Source: an uncultured Spirochaetota bacterium
GTDB lineage: Bacteria; Spirochaetota; Spirochaetia; SZUA-6; Fen-1364
Assembly: GCA_963781885.1 (NCBI GenBank)
Contig: CAWAHW010000002.1
Span: forward strand, 512,001 to 576,000
Length of the DNA stretch: 64,000 bases
Direction of reading: 5' to 3'
The position numbers and the translations under genes were made by a program. The notes under the pieces are model-generated. The model made no database searches. It was not told the DNA's origin and saw nothing but the letters and a program-made list of their open reading frames with translations. Shown one piece after another: positions 17,382-26,495 of the stretch (positions within the stretch are counted from its first letter, which is position 1; every line of letters begins with the position of its first letter).

Positions 17382-18542
17382 GTGAGTGAGAACGAGAACA
17401 TGCGTGCAATGATTCTCAACGGTGTGGTGAGCGGCGCCATGTCGCTCGACCAGGCAACGCAGATCCTCAATCTCTCCTATAGGCAGATGAAGAGGGTCTG
17501 GAAGCGTTTCCGCGAAGAAGGCGAGACGGGTCTGGCTCATCGTAACAAAGGTAGGCCTTCAAACAGGGCATTCGTCGATCAGCTCAAGCGCGACATTCTG
17601 CAGAAGTACGCCCGCGTGGGACAAGGCCTGGGGCCGACGCAATTCTCGGATCGCCTTGCGGCTGAAGGCATCTTTGTCGACCATGAGACGCTTCGGCGCT
17701 GGCTGCTGCAGAACGGCGCCTGGAAGCTTTCGCGGAACAGGGCGGTGCGGCCGGTGGAAGTGCGCACGAGCGGCTTCGGAGAGCTCCTCAATCTCGTGTC
17801 CTTCCACGGGTGCTGGCTCGGGGAGACCGTCGCACCCTGCTTCCTGGTCTGTCTGCGCGATGAGGCGACCGGCTACACACTCTGCTCCGCGAGCAGGGAC
17901 GAAACGAGTGAGACCGCCATGCGCCTCCTTCGGGCATGGATCGAGCGCCACGGCATTCCCGCGGGAATCCGCTGCCAGAGGCGTTTCCTCTTCGCGGAGA
18001 ACCGCCACCCGACGCTCGAGCAGCAGCTCTGCGGCGGCGGCGCCCTCACGGCGCTGAGCCGGTCCTTCGATCGGCTGGGCATCGAATCGGGAACGCTGTC
18101 CCCGTCACAGACGAAAGCCATCCTGAACGACATGCTGCCCTTCCTCGACGCCATGAAGGCGATGGTGGCGCGCAGCGGCGCGATCGGCATCGAGCAGACC
18201 ACGGCGTTCCTGCTGGGAGCGGCAGCGGACGAATTGAATGGGAGGTTCGCGGCAGGCCATGCGGAGGCGGACGACTACCACGTGCCGATTGTCGATGGCA
18301 CCGACCTGCGCAGGTTCCTCTGCGTCGACCAGGAGTGCCGCGTCAGCGCGCAGGGCATCGTCGAGCTCGGGCACCGGCGATTCCGCATCATGAACGGGGG
18401 GGCCATGGGCGTAAGGCATCTTCAGCGGGTCGTCGTTTCGGAGTGGCTCGACGGATCGGTGCACATCCTCTGCCAGGGGCGGGAGATCACCTTCCTCGAG
18501 ACCAGGCCGGCGCAACCTTGCATCGATCGTCTGGCAATGTAG
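17382..18542 (+). CDS. ISNCY/IS1202-type transposase homologue with intact HTH region and degenerate DDE triad; candidate domesticated DNA-binding regulator
   Basis: N-terminus LNLSYRQMKRVWKRFREEGETGLAHRNKGRPSNR and ETLRRWL; integrase-core landmarks GELLNL..DEATG, HGIPAG, PTLEQQL, LGIE...SPSQTK and EWLDGS. The expected catalytic D/D/E positions are substituted. GTG start with GGGAGG RBS; no terminal repeats seen. Confidence 0.8.
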   Translation: MSENENMRAMILNGVVSGAMSLDQATQILNLSYRQMKRVWKRFREEGETGLAHRNKGRPSNRAFVDQLKRDILQKYARVGQGLGPTQFSDRLAAEGIFVDHETLRRWLLQNGAWKLSRNRAVRPVEVRTSGFGELLNLVSFHGCWLGETVAPCFLVCLRDEATGYTLCSASRDETSETAMRLLRAWIERHGIPAGIRCQRRFLFAENRHPTLEQQLCGGGALTALSRSFDRLGIESGTLSPSQTKAILNDMLPFLDAMKAMVARSGAIGIEQTTAFLLGAAADELNGRFAAGHAEADDYHVPIVDGTDLRRFLCVDQECRVSAQGIVELGHRRFRIMNGGAMGVRHLQRVVVSEWLDGSVHILCQGREITFLETRPAQPCIDRLAM

Positions 18543-18566
18543 AAATACCAGTCCAAGGAGTCGAAA

Positions 18567-19223
18567 ATGGCGATTCGCTCACAGGAAGTCCTCGCGGCAC
18601 TCGAGGAAACAGGTGTCGTGGCGGTGATCCGGGTCGAAGACCCCGAGGGCCTCGCCGATGTCTCGCGCGCCCTGTGCGCGGGCGGCGTGCGCCTGGTGGA
18701 GATCACGATGACGGTCCCCGGTGCTCTCGCGCTGATCGCCTCGGTGAGCGCATCGCTCGGGAATGCCGTGTTTATCGGCGCCGGCACCGTCCTGGACGCG
18801 GCTGCCGCGCGCATGGCGATACTCGCCGGCGCGCGTTTCGTCGTCGGGCCCAGCTTTGACCCTGACGTCGTGGCCATGTGCAAGCTCTACGACACGCCCG
18901 TCATGCCGGGCTGCCTCACGCCGACGGAGATCGCCGCGGCGTGGAAGGCGGGCGCCGACGTCGTGAAGATCTTCCCCGGCCGGGTGGGCACCCCCGAGTA
19001 TTTCCAGGACCTCAAGGGCCCCTTCCCCCAGGTGAGGATGATGCCCACGGGCAATGTCGACGTCGTGACGACGCCCGCGTACATCAAGGCGGGCGCGGTT
19101 GCCGTCGGCGTCGGAAAAGCGCTCGTCGACCCGCGCGCCATGGCGGCGCGCCAGTACAAGGTCATCACCGACAATGCCATCGCGTTCCGACGGCTCGTGC
19201 AGGACGCGCGGAGCCGCACCTGA
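18567..19223 (+). CDS. eda: KDPG/KHG aldolase (copy 2)
   Basis: VVAVIR, EITMTVPGA, IGAGTVLD, VKIFPG, MPTGNV. Confidence 0.88.
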   Translation: MAIRSQEVLAALEETGVVAVIRVEDPEGLADVSRALCAGGVRLVEITMTVPGALALIASVSASLGNAVFIGAGTVLDAAAARMAILAGARFVVGPSFDPDVVAMCKLYDTPVMPGCLTPTEIAAAWKAGADVVKIFPGRVGTPEYFQDLKGPFPQVRMMPTGNVDVVTTPAYIKAGAVAVGVGKALVDPRAMAARQYKVITDNAIAFRRLVQDARSRT

Positions 19224-20251
19224 TGGCAAAAAAGGTCGTCCTCTTCGGGGAGCTCCTCATGCGGCTGGCGCCGAAAGGCGTCGACAGGTTCGTGCAGGCG
19301 GAGGAGTTCGACGTCCGCTACACCGGCGCCGAGGCGAACGCCGGTGTGTCGCTCGTCAATTTCGGCATGGAAGCCTATGCCGTATCAAAGGTGCCGGACA
19401 CCGAGATCGGCCAGGCCTGCATCAACTACCTGAGCCGGTTCCGGGTCAACACGGACCACGTGGCGCGCGGCGGGGAGCGGCTGGGCATCTTCTTCCTGGA
19501 GACCGGCGCGGCCCAGCGCGCCTCGAAGATCATCTACGACCGCGGGCACAGCGCCATCCGCGATTCAACACCGTCCGACTACGATTGGGAGCGCATCTGC
19601 GAAGGCAAGGACTGGTTTCATTTCTCCGGCACCGCGCCGGCGCTCGGCGAGGGGGTGCAGAGGGTGCTGGAGGACGGCCTGGTCGTCGCCCGGCGGCGGG
19701 GGCTCACGGTCAGCTGCGATCTGAACTACCGGGCAAAGCTATGGTCGCCGGCCGAGGCCCAGCGCGTGATGACCGGGTTCATGCGCCACGTCGACGTGCT
19801 CATCGGCAACGAGGAGGACGCGGAGAAGGTATTCGGCATCGCGGCGCCCGGCAGCGACGTGGGCAAGGGAAAGATCGTCGGCGACTCCTATCGCCACGTC
19901 GCCGTGGAGCTCGTGCGGCGTTTCGGGTTCCAGAAGGTGGCCACGACCCTGCGGGAGAGCGTTTCCGCGTCCGTGAACGGGTGGGCGGCCATGCTGTCCG
20001 ACGGCACGACGCATGTCACGAGCCGCCGCTACGAGATCGCCCCAATCGTGGATCGGGTGGGCGCCGGCGACTCCTTCACCGGCGGTCTCATCTTTGCGCT
20101 CCTGTCGGGCTACGACCTGCAACGCAGCGTCGATTTCGCCGCGGCAGCATCCTGCCTGAAACATTCGATCGCCGGGGACTTCAATCTCGCTTCCGTCCGG
20201 GAGGTGGAGGCGCTGATCGCCGGTGAAGCGTCGGGAAGGGTGCAGAGATGA
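19223..20251 (+). CDS. kdgK: 2-dehydro-3-deoxygluconokinase-like PfkB kinase (copy 2)
   Basis: ATG overlaps the eda2 stop (TGATG); FGELLMRL, DRVGAGDSF, LKHSIAGDFN. Confidence 0.85.
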   Translation: MAKKVVLFGELLMRLAPKGVDRFVQAEEFDVRYTGAEANAGVSLVNFGMEAYAVSKVPDTEIGQACINYLSRFRVNTDHVARGGERLGIFFLETGAAQRASKIIYDRGHSAIRDSTPSDYDWERICEGKDWFHFSGTAPALGEGVQRVLEDGLVVARRRGLTVSCDLNYRAKLWSPAEAQRVMTGFMRHVDVLIGNEEDAEKVFGIAAPGSDVGKGKIVGDSYRHVAVELVRRFGFQKVATTLRESVSASVNGWAAMLSDGTTHVTSRRYEIAPIVDRVGAGDSFTGGLIFALLSGYDLQRSVDFAAAASCLKHSIAGDFNLASVREVEALIAGEASGRVQR

Positions 20252-20327
20252 AAGGGGTCACCGCGCAGGCTCGAAGCCTGCCATGGGCTAAAGGCACCGG
20301 CCGCTGACGGCAGGGGAGGAGAAACCA

Positions 20328-21155
20328 ATGGGCTCGATGGAAGGCATGCGTGTCCTCGTGACAGGGGCGGGCACGGGGATCGGGAAGGGAATCGCGGAAG
20401 AGTTTGCGCACGAAGGGGCAACCGTGGTGCTCCATTATTCGCACAGCTCGGCCGGGGCAATCGCCGCGGCGCACGCCATCGTTGCCGCCGGCGGAAAGGC
20501 GGAGGCGATGCCCGCGGACTTTTCCCGACGCGACGAGGTGCGGGGGCTTGCCGCGCGCGCGCTTTCATTCCTGGGGGGAATCGACGTCCTGGTCAACAAC
20601 GCCGGGGTGTCCCTCACATTGCCCTTCGAGCAGGTCACCGGCGAGCAGTTCGACCTGCTCTATGCCGTGAATGTCAGCGCGCCCTTTTTCCTCACGCAGG
20701 CGCTCCTTCCGCGTCTCTGCGAGTCGAAGAACGCGTCGGTCATCAACCTGAGCTCCATCCACGCCTACGAGGGCGCCCCCGAGTACGCCGTCTACGCGGG
20801 CACGCGCGGTGCCATCCTGGCTTTCACGCGGGAGCTCGCCATCGAGCTCGCACCGCTCGGCATACGGGTGAACGGCATCGCCCCGGGATCGACCAACGTG
20901 GAAAGCCATCGGAAGGTCGCGTCGAGCGCCGAGCTCGAAGCGGAGGGCCGGGGGATACCCGTCGGCAGGCTTGGAACGCCGCAGGACATGGGCAAGGTCG
21001 CCGTATTCCTCGCGTCGGAGGGAGCGCGCTTCATCGTCGGACAGACCATCGTGGTCGACGGCGGCACCATCTCGTGGATGCCGTTCGGGGAGCAGTTCCG
21101 ACGCCGTGCGCCGAAAGAGTACCGCCTGGGCCAGGGCTACGTGCCGGGGATGTAG
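20328..21155 (+). CDS. SDR-family oxidoreductase
   Basis: TGAGTGIG, NNAG, YAGTR (YxxxK lysine replaced by Arg), VDGG. Confidence 0.85.
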   Translation: MGSMEGMRVLVTGAGTGIGKGIAEEFAHEGATVVLHYSHSSAGAIAAAHAIVAAGGKAEAMPADFSRRDEVRGLAARALSFLGGIDVLVNNAGVSLTLPFEQVTGEQFDLLYAVNVSAPFFLTQALLPRLCESKNASVINLSSIHAYEGAPEYAVYAGTRGAILAFTRELAIELAPLGIRVNGIAPGSTNVESHRKVASSAELEAEGRGIPVGRLGTPQDMGKVAVFLASEGARFIVGQTIVVDGGTISWMPFGEQFRRRAPKEYRLGQGYVPGM

Positions 21156-21161
21156 GGTGGC

Positions 21162-21186
21162 GGCGGCAGGCGTCAGGCCTGCCGCC
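21162..21186. terminator. GC hairpin between convergent genes, possible terminator
   Basis: GGCGGCAGGC-GTCAG-GCCTGCCGCC; no U-tract. Confidence 0.35.
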
Positions 21187-21198
21187 ACTGTCGGATCT

Positions 21199-22101
21199 CT
21201 ACAACAGCTCGTTCGCCGTGAGCGCCCGCTTGATCTCGGTCGCCTGCTCGGGGCCCATGGGCTCCAGCGGCGCGAGCGCCTTGCCCGCGCCGATGCCCAT
21301 GAGCGAGGCGGCGTGCTTGAAGCCCGTTACCCAGCTCGCCGGCCCGCCGACAAGCGGCGCGCGCACGGGCTGCAACTTGGCGAATAGCCGCGTCACGGCC
21401 TCCCAATCCGCCCGTGTGGCCGCATCGAAAAGCCGCACGAACAGCGCAGGGGCGATGTTGGCCGTCCCCGGCACGATGCCCGCGGCGCCTGCCTTCAGCT
21501 CTTCCACCAGCGTGACCTCGTCACCGGCAAGCACGGAAAGTCCCACATCCTTGCCGCGTTTCACGAGATCGCGGAAATAGGCGACGTCGCCCGAGCTTTC
21601 CTTGCAGTACCGTATCCATCCGCGCCGCGCCATGTCGCAGACCATTCCCACGTCCAGCGCGACACCCGTGCTCTGGGGGATGTTGTAGGCGATCATCTCC
21701 ATGTCGCCGGCCGCCTCGCGCGCCGCGGCGTAAAGACGAAGCTGCTCGGAGGCGCTCCTGGCTGCAATGTAGAAGCTTGGTGTCAGGACGAAGCCGCGGC
21801 ACCCGACCTGGCGCAGCACGCGCACCTTCTCGATGACGCGGGAGGCCGACGTCTCCATGACGCCCGTCACGAGGCTCGTTTTCGATCCGCACTCGTCGTA
21901 TGCGATCTCCGCCAAGCGCTGCCATTCCGCGAACGTGAGGAGGGGTCCTTCACCCGCGGTGCCCCCGGCGAAAATCCCGCGCACACCCGCGGCGATGAGC
22001 CGGCGTATCAGGGACCGCAGCCCCTGCTCGTCCACCCGCTCCTGCGCATTGGTGGGTGTGATGATGGGAACGACGACGCCATGCAGAGACTGTTTGTCCA
22101 C
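21199..22101 (-). CDS. Dihydrodipicolinate synthase-family aldolase/dehydratase
   Basis: GTAGEG, YNIPQSTG, KESSGD. Confidence 0.85.
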   Translation of the reverse strand: MDKQSLHGVVVPIITPTNAQERVDEQGLRSLIRRLIAAGVRGIFAGGTAGEGPLLTFAEWQRLAEIAYDECGSKTSLVTGVMETSASRVIEKVRVLRQVGCRGFVLTPSFYIAARSASEQLRLYAAAREAAGDMEMIAYNIPQSTGVALDVGMVCDMARRGWIRYCKESSGDVAYFRDLVKRGKDVGLSVLAGDEVTLVEELKAGAAGIVPGTANIAPALFVRLFDAATRADWEAVTRLFAKLQPVRAPLVGGPASWVTGFKHAASLMGIGAGKALAPLEPMGPEQATEIKRALTANELL

Positions 22102-22146
22102 GATAACCTCCCTGGAGCGCCGGGCTTCAGACCGGGCGCGCCGGCA

Positions 22147-23292
22147 TCATGACGAAAGCGGGTATCGCCCCGCGTTCCTCACCTCGTCGCACATGGCAAC
22201 GATATTCTGAGGCGGCACATCGGGCTGGATGCAGTGCACGGCCGCGGCGACATAGCCGCCCCCCGGGGCAAGATCGCCGATGCGGCGCCGGACCTCGGCG
22301 CGCACGTCAGCTTCGCTGCCGTGGGGAAGGACGGTCTGGGTATCGATGGCGCCGCAGAAGGAGAGCCGGCCGCCGAACTCCCGTTTCAGACGGGCGGTGT
22401 CGGCGAGGTCCTTTGCCGAGACCTGCACGGGGTTCAGCAGGTCGACACCGACATCGGCCAGGTCCCCGATGAGCGGATAGATGTTGCCGCAGGAATGGAA
22501 GAAGACCTTCGCGCGGGTACCCTCGTGAATCGCCGCGAGCGTCTCCGCCTGGTGGGGCTTGACGAGCCGTCGGTATAGCGCGGGCGCCATGAATGTCGAG
22601 TCCTGCGTGCCCAGGTCATCGCCCGTGAGTGCGATGTCGACAAAGTCTCCCACCTGACGGAAGAGCTCGCGGAGATACGGGATCATGCGGATCTTGAACT
22701 CGTGCATGAGCGCAAGGAAGAAGTCCTCGTCCGCCGCCAGATCCATCAGGCACTCGGAAAGGCCCCGCATGAGGTATGCCTGCTCGAAGAGAGTGACGCC
22801 CGTCATGAGGATGCAGGCTTTGCCGGACTGCTGGATCGCCCGGCAGCGCGCGGCCAGGCCTTCGAAACGGGACGGCGCCGACAGATCGGGCCAGGGGTAA
22901 CGGGGCAGATCCTCAATGCGCGCGTTGCGCAGCGGAGGCTCGATCACCTCGAAGTAGCCGGTGCCCGGGTTGCGCGTCCAGGTGCAGCCCCAGTCGTCGA
23001 CCAGCTCGTCCGGCGAGACGTCGCGGCGAAGCGTGGATGCCGCGGGACCGGGCACGCAGGGGCGGCCGTCCGAGCCCAGGCGCTCCATCACCGCCTCGTC
23101 CATCCACGTGTACTGGAATTGCCGCGATATCCAGCGCAGGGGACCCGGCTCGATGCCAAGGTGCCTCGCAAGACGCGGGTAGCCGGGCCCCAGGACCGTG
23201 GTGGCACCCGACGTTCCGATGAAGAGAGGGACCCGGTCCGGCTCCTCGTGATTCAGCGCCATCGCCACGCGTTCGCGCGACGTCATGCCCAT
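22147..23292 (-). CDS. Uroporphyrinogen decarboxylase-fold (MtaA/CmuA-like) protein
   Basis: MTSRERV..HEEPDRVP, DDWGC, GDDLGTQ, FFHSCGN, LNPVQVSA, PGGGY, HCIQPDVP; start at ATG 23292 with RBS. Confidence 0.85.
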   Translation of the reverse strand: MGMTSRERVAMALNHEEPDRVPLFIGTSGATTVLGPGYPRLARHLGIEPGPLRWISRQFQYTWMDEAVMERLGSDGRPCVPGPAASTLRRDVSPDELVDDWGCTWTRNPGTGYFEVIEPPLRNARIEDLPRYPWPDLSAPSRFEGLAARCRAIQQSGKACILMTGVTLFEQAYLMRGLSECLMDLAADEDFFLALMHEFKIRMIPYLRELFRQVGDFVDIALTGDDLGTQDSTFMAPALYRRLVKPHQAETLAAIHEGTRAKVFFHSCGNIYPLIGDLADVGVDLLNPVQVSAKDLADTARLKREFGGRLSFCGAIDTQTVLPHGSEADVRAEVRRRIGDLAPGGGYVAAAVHCIQPDVPPQNIVAMCDEVRNAGRYPLSS

Positions 23293-23317
23293 TTGTGTCT
23301 CCTCTCCCCGCGCCGGC

Positions 23318-24445
23318 CTAGTAGGTCCCCATGGCAAGGCCCTTGTCCACGAAGTGCCGGTAGGTGGGGTAATCGACAAGGCTCGACACGCTGTGGTCCA
23401 CCTGCAGGATGTACCCGCTGCCGGCCATTGCTCCGGGAAGCTTGCGTGAAAGCTCCGCATCGACCACGGAAAGGTCATTCGTCTCCAGGGTCCGCGCATC
23501 CATGCCGCCGATCAGCGCGATCCTGTCCCCCACGTCCTTCTTGATCTTCAGCAGATCCATGCCGGCCTTCGTCTCGATCGGCTGGAGGCAGTCGATGCCC
23601 GCCTCCAGGAGGGACGGCAGCAGCGCTTCAACGAAGCCGTCGCAGTGGAGGATCACGGGAAGCCCCCGGCTGTGCGCGAAGTCGAAGAGTCTCTTGTGCG
23701 CGGGAAAAACGATCTGGCGATACATCGCGGGAGACATGAAGGGCTTGTTCTTGAACCCCAGGTCATCCCACACCCAGAGGCCATCGGGCAGGCCTTCTTT
23801 CGCGAAGAGTTGCTCAAGCAACCGGATCGTGACCGTGGCAAAGAGGTCGGCCATCTCGGTTACCCATGGCTCGTCGAGCGCCATCCCCATGAGCAGGTAC
23901 TCGTGCCCGCACATGGGTGACATGAGGTCGAAGGCGCCGACGACCCCGCAGGAGAGAAAGAGCTCCTGCCGGGCGCATTTCTCCCTCATCTGCCGGTAGC
24001 GGTCGGAGCGGATGCGGCGGGAATCCAGGCTGAGATTCGTGAGGTGCGGCTTGATGTGCTCCTCCCACCCCGCCCGGTCGCGCACCGTGAAGTCAACGTG
24101 CTCGGGAGCGCCCGACCCGTTCTTCAGCCAGCGCAGGAAGGCGCCGTTTCCGTCGCGGATCAGCTTTGCCGTGTCCGTTTCCTCCACGACGGCTTGCCCG
24201 GCGTCAAGGTCGGCCACCAGCTCCAGCACATTGCCCGGCATGGGAGTGATTTCCCCGCTTGTGCGACGGACGTCCAGGCCGAAATGATCGCTCACGTCCT
24301 CAGGCGCCTTGTACCAGCCCTGAGCGCACCACGTGTCGGCCGTCTCCCGCCAGAAGACTTCGAAGAGACCCACCCTGTCCACGGGCTGATGCTTCAGGAT
24401 CCTCGAGATGCGCTCCCTGCTCGTGAGGGGGGAAGCCTTTTTCAT
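23318..24445 (-). CDS. Uroporphyrinogen decarboxylase-fold protein
   Basis: TSRERI, WDDLGFK, LHCDG, LQPIETKAGMD, GYILQVDHSV. Confidence 0.85.
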   Translation of the reverse strand: MKKASPLTSRERISRILKHQPVDRVGLFEVFWRETADTWCAQGWYKAPEDVSDHFGLDVRRTSGEITPMPGNVLELVADLDAGQAVVEETDTAKLIRDGNGAFLRWLKNGSGAPEHVDFTVRDRAGWEEHIKPHLTNLSLDSRRIRSDRYRQMREKCARQELFLSCGVVGAFDLMSPMCGHEYLLMGMALDEPWVTEMADLFATVTIRLLEQLFAKEGLPDGLWVWDDLGFKNKPFMSPAMYRQIVFPAHKRLFDFAHSRGLPVILHCDGFVEALLPSLLEAGIDCLQPIETKAGMDLLKIKKDVGDRIALIGGMDARTLETNDLSVVDAELSRKLPGAMAGSGYILQVDHSVSSLVDYPTYRHFVDKGLAMGTY

Positions 24446-25533
24446 GGTGTTCGATCTCCTCTTTTTCGTGTCAGGGACGGCGATGCCCCCATCATGCGCG
24501 CGGCGAGGTGCTCGATGGGTGTTCGCGGTCCCCGGAAAAATCGCACGGTGCTCACGTCGTCGTACCGGTTTCTGCCGGTGTCCCCGCCGATGGCGGGCGC
24601 GTGATACTCCAGCTCGCTGAAGCTGCCCAGGGCCGCATTGTTCACGGCGCATGCCTGCACGGCGCAGGCGGGCGGACCGGATCGCGGCGTGTCGATGTAG
24701 AGGAGACCCGGGTCCACCGCGAAATCCCGCACGATGAGATCGGCGCGCCCGCCGTTCCCGTGCAGGTAGCCCACGCGACCCGTGACCGATTCAGGGGGCA
24801 GCCCGATCTTCTTGTCTCCCTGTCCCCGCATCGCCCACTGGACGAGCGCCTGCTGCCGCCCCACGTCCTCCGCGGGGATGAGACCGAAAAAAAGGACCGG
24901 TTCGGGGCGATCTTTCACGCCGAAGAGCATCACCCCGCCGTGGGGAAGCTGCAGGAGGTTCCAGAGCCCCACGGGGGTGCGCGGCGCGAGCTGCGTGACC
25001 TCGAGGGTGCAGCGCAGGGTGTAGCCGCAGGACAGGATCCCCTGCACCGGCAGATCGTTGCGCACGGCATCCGGGTCCATCGCTTCGACGCTTTTTGAAA
25101 GCGACAGCCCGACATCCTCGGCTGTGCGAAACGAGTGGAGGGAGAAGGAGGTGGACATGACCAGGCGTGTCGCCTCCCGGCGGCAGGTGAAGCTGCCGGG
25201 ATCGAATACGCGGGGCTGGAAGTAGCCTTCCTCCCTTGGGTAGCGCGGGAGGAAGAAATCCGCTTCGGGTGCAATCCAAGTGCGGTCACCGCCGGTATTG
25301 CACCATGCGCCTGATTCGAAGAGACGGCGCGCGCTGTCCGTCCGGTCCAGCGCGGAATTGTTCCAGAGGAAGCCCTCCTCCTCGGTTCCGGGAAAGACGC
25401 CCAGCACGCGCGCCCCATGGGGGAGCACGACGACGCGTGCGCCGTCCGGTGCACGGAGGATCTCGGCGGGCTTGCCTGCCTCGGCCAGCCGCGCGGCCAG
25501 GGCGGCGGTAGCCCCGTCAGACTTTGACGCCAT
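24442..25533 (-). CDS. Conserved hypothetical protein (DUF6786-like)
   Basis: Coupled to both neighbours; NTGGDRTWIAPE and FSELEYHAP motifs; family call is tentative. Confidence 0.55.
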   Translation of the reverse strand: MASKSDGATAALAARLAEAGKPAEILRAPDGARVVVLPHGARVLGVFPGTEEEGFLWNNSALDRTDSARRLFESGAWCNTGGDRTWIAPEADFFLPRYPREEGYFQPRVFDPGSFTCRREATRLVMSTSFSLHSFRTAEDVGLSLSKSVEAMDPDAVRNDLPVQGILSCGYTLRCTLEVTQLAPRTPVGLWNLLQLPHGGVMLFGVKDRPEPVLFFGLIPAEDVGRQQALVQWAMRGQGDKKIGLPPESVTGRVGYLHGNGGRADLIVRDFAVDPGLLYIDTPRSGPPACAVQACAVNNAALGSFSELEYHAPAIGGDTGRNRYDDVSTVRFFRGPRTPIEHLAARMMGASPSLTRKRGDRTP

Positions 25534-26485
25534 TCACGACGTTCGGCGGCTTGCCCCCGCGCAGCATGACGGCCACGGTCTCCGCGACGTCCGTGCGGAG
25601 CTTCAGACCCGAGGTCGGGCTGCCGGAGGCGCAGTGCGGGTTGATGAGCACGTTGTCGAGCTTCGCGAGCGGATGACCCGTCGGGATGGGCTCGGGATCC
25701 GTGACGTCCAGGGCGGCCCCCGCAAGGTGACCGCTCTGCAGCGCGGCGACAAGGTCGTCCGTCTTCACGAGTGTCCCGCGGGAGACATTGACCAGGAGCG
25801 AGCCGCGCTTCATCTTCGCGATGGACTGCGCGTTTATCATCTGCCGCGTCTCCGGCGTGCTCGGGCAATGGAGCGACACGAGGTCGCTCTGCGCGAAGAG
25901 CTCCTCCCGCGTCACGGGGATGAAGCCGTCCTTCTTGATGCGCCGCGCCTCCACGTGGGGGTCGGCCACGATGACGCGGCACTTGAACGGCGCCAGGCGG
26001 AGAGCCACCTCGCGGCCGATGCGGCCGTAGGCAACGATGCCGACGGTCATGTCCTTCAACGCGCGCATGTCCTTGATGTCCACCGCGAGACTCCAGCTTC
26101 CCGCGCGGATGCGCATCGCGTTCTGGCTGATGCGCCGCGTCATCTCCAGGATCATCGCCAGGGCGTGATCGGCAACCTCGTTCGTGCAATAGTCCGGCAC
26201 GTTGCAGACGGGTATCTTCTTCGCCGCGGCCGCGGCGAGATCGACATTGTCCACCCCGATGCCGTAGCGCACGATGACGCGGCACTTCTGCATCGCAGCG
26301 ATCACCTCCGCGGTGACGGGAGCGAACTGCGTGATCACGTAGTCGGCGTCTTTCACCAGCGCAACGAGGCCCGGCTTTTCCTTGCCGGTCTTCAGCGAGG
26401 TGAACTGGCAGCCCAGCGGCTCCAGTATTCCCTTTTCGATGTCCAGGACGTCAAAACCATAATCCGTCACGGCGACGATCGGCAT
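25517..26485 (-). CDS. D-isomer-specific 2-hydroxyacid dehydrogenase (CtBP-like)
   Basis: RYGIGVDNVD, NVPDYC, YGRIG, NVSRG, LDVTDPEP, NPH. Confidence 0.9.
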   Translation of the reverse strand: MPIVAVTDYGFDVLDIEKGILEPLGCQFTSLKTGKEKPGLVALVKDADYVITQFAPVTAEVIAAMQKCRVIVRYGIGVDNVDLAAAAAKKIPVCNVPDYCTNEVADHALAMILEMTRRISQNAMRIRAGSWSLAVDIKDMRALKDMTVGIVAYGRIGREVALRLAPFKCRVIVADPHVEARRIKKDGFIPVTREELFAQSDLVSLHCPSTPETRQMINAQSIAKMKRGSLLVNVSRGTLVKTDDLVAALQSGHLAGAALDVTDPEPIPTGHPLAKLDNVLINPHCASGSPTSGLKLRTDVAETVAVMLRGGKPPNVVNGVKV

Positions 26486-26495
26486 GTTTCTTCTC

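Noticed and set aside
17196-18566. Active IS element with terminal inverted repeats
   Set aside because: No matching IR pair or target duplication found, and the catalytic residues appear lost.
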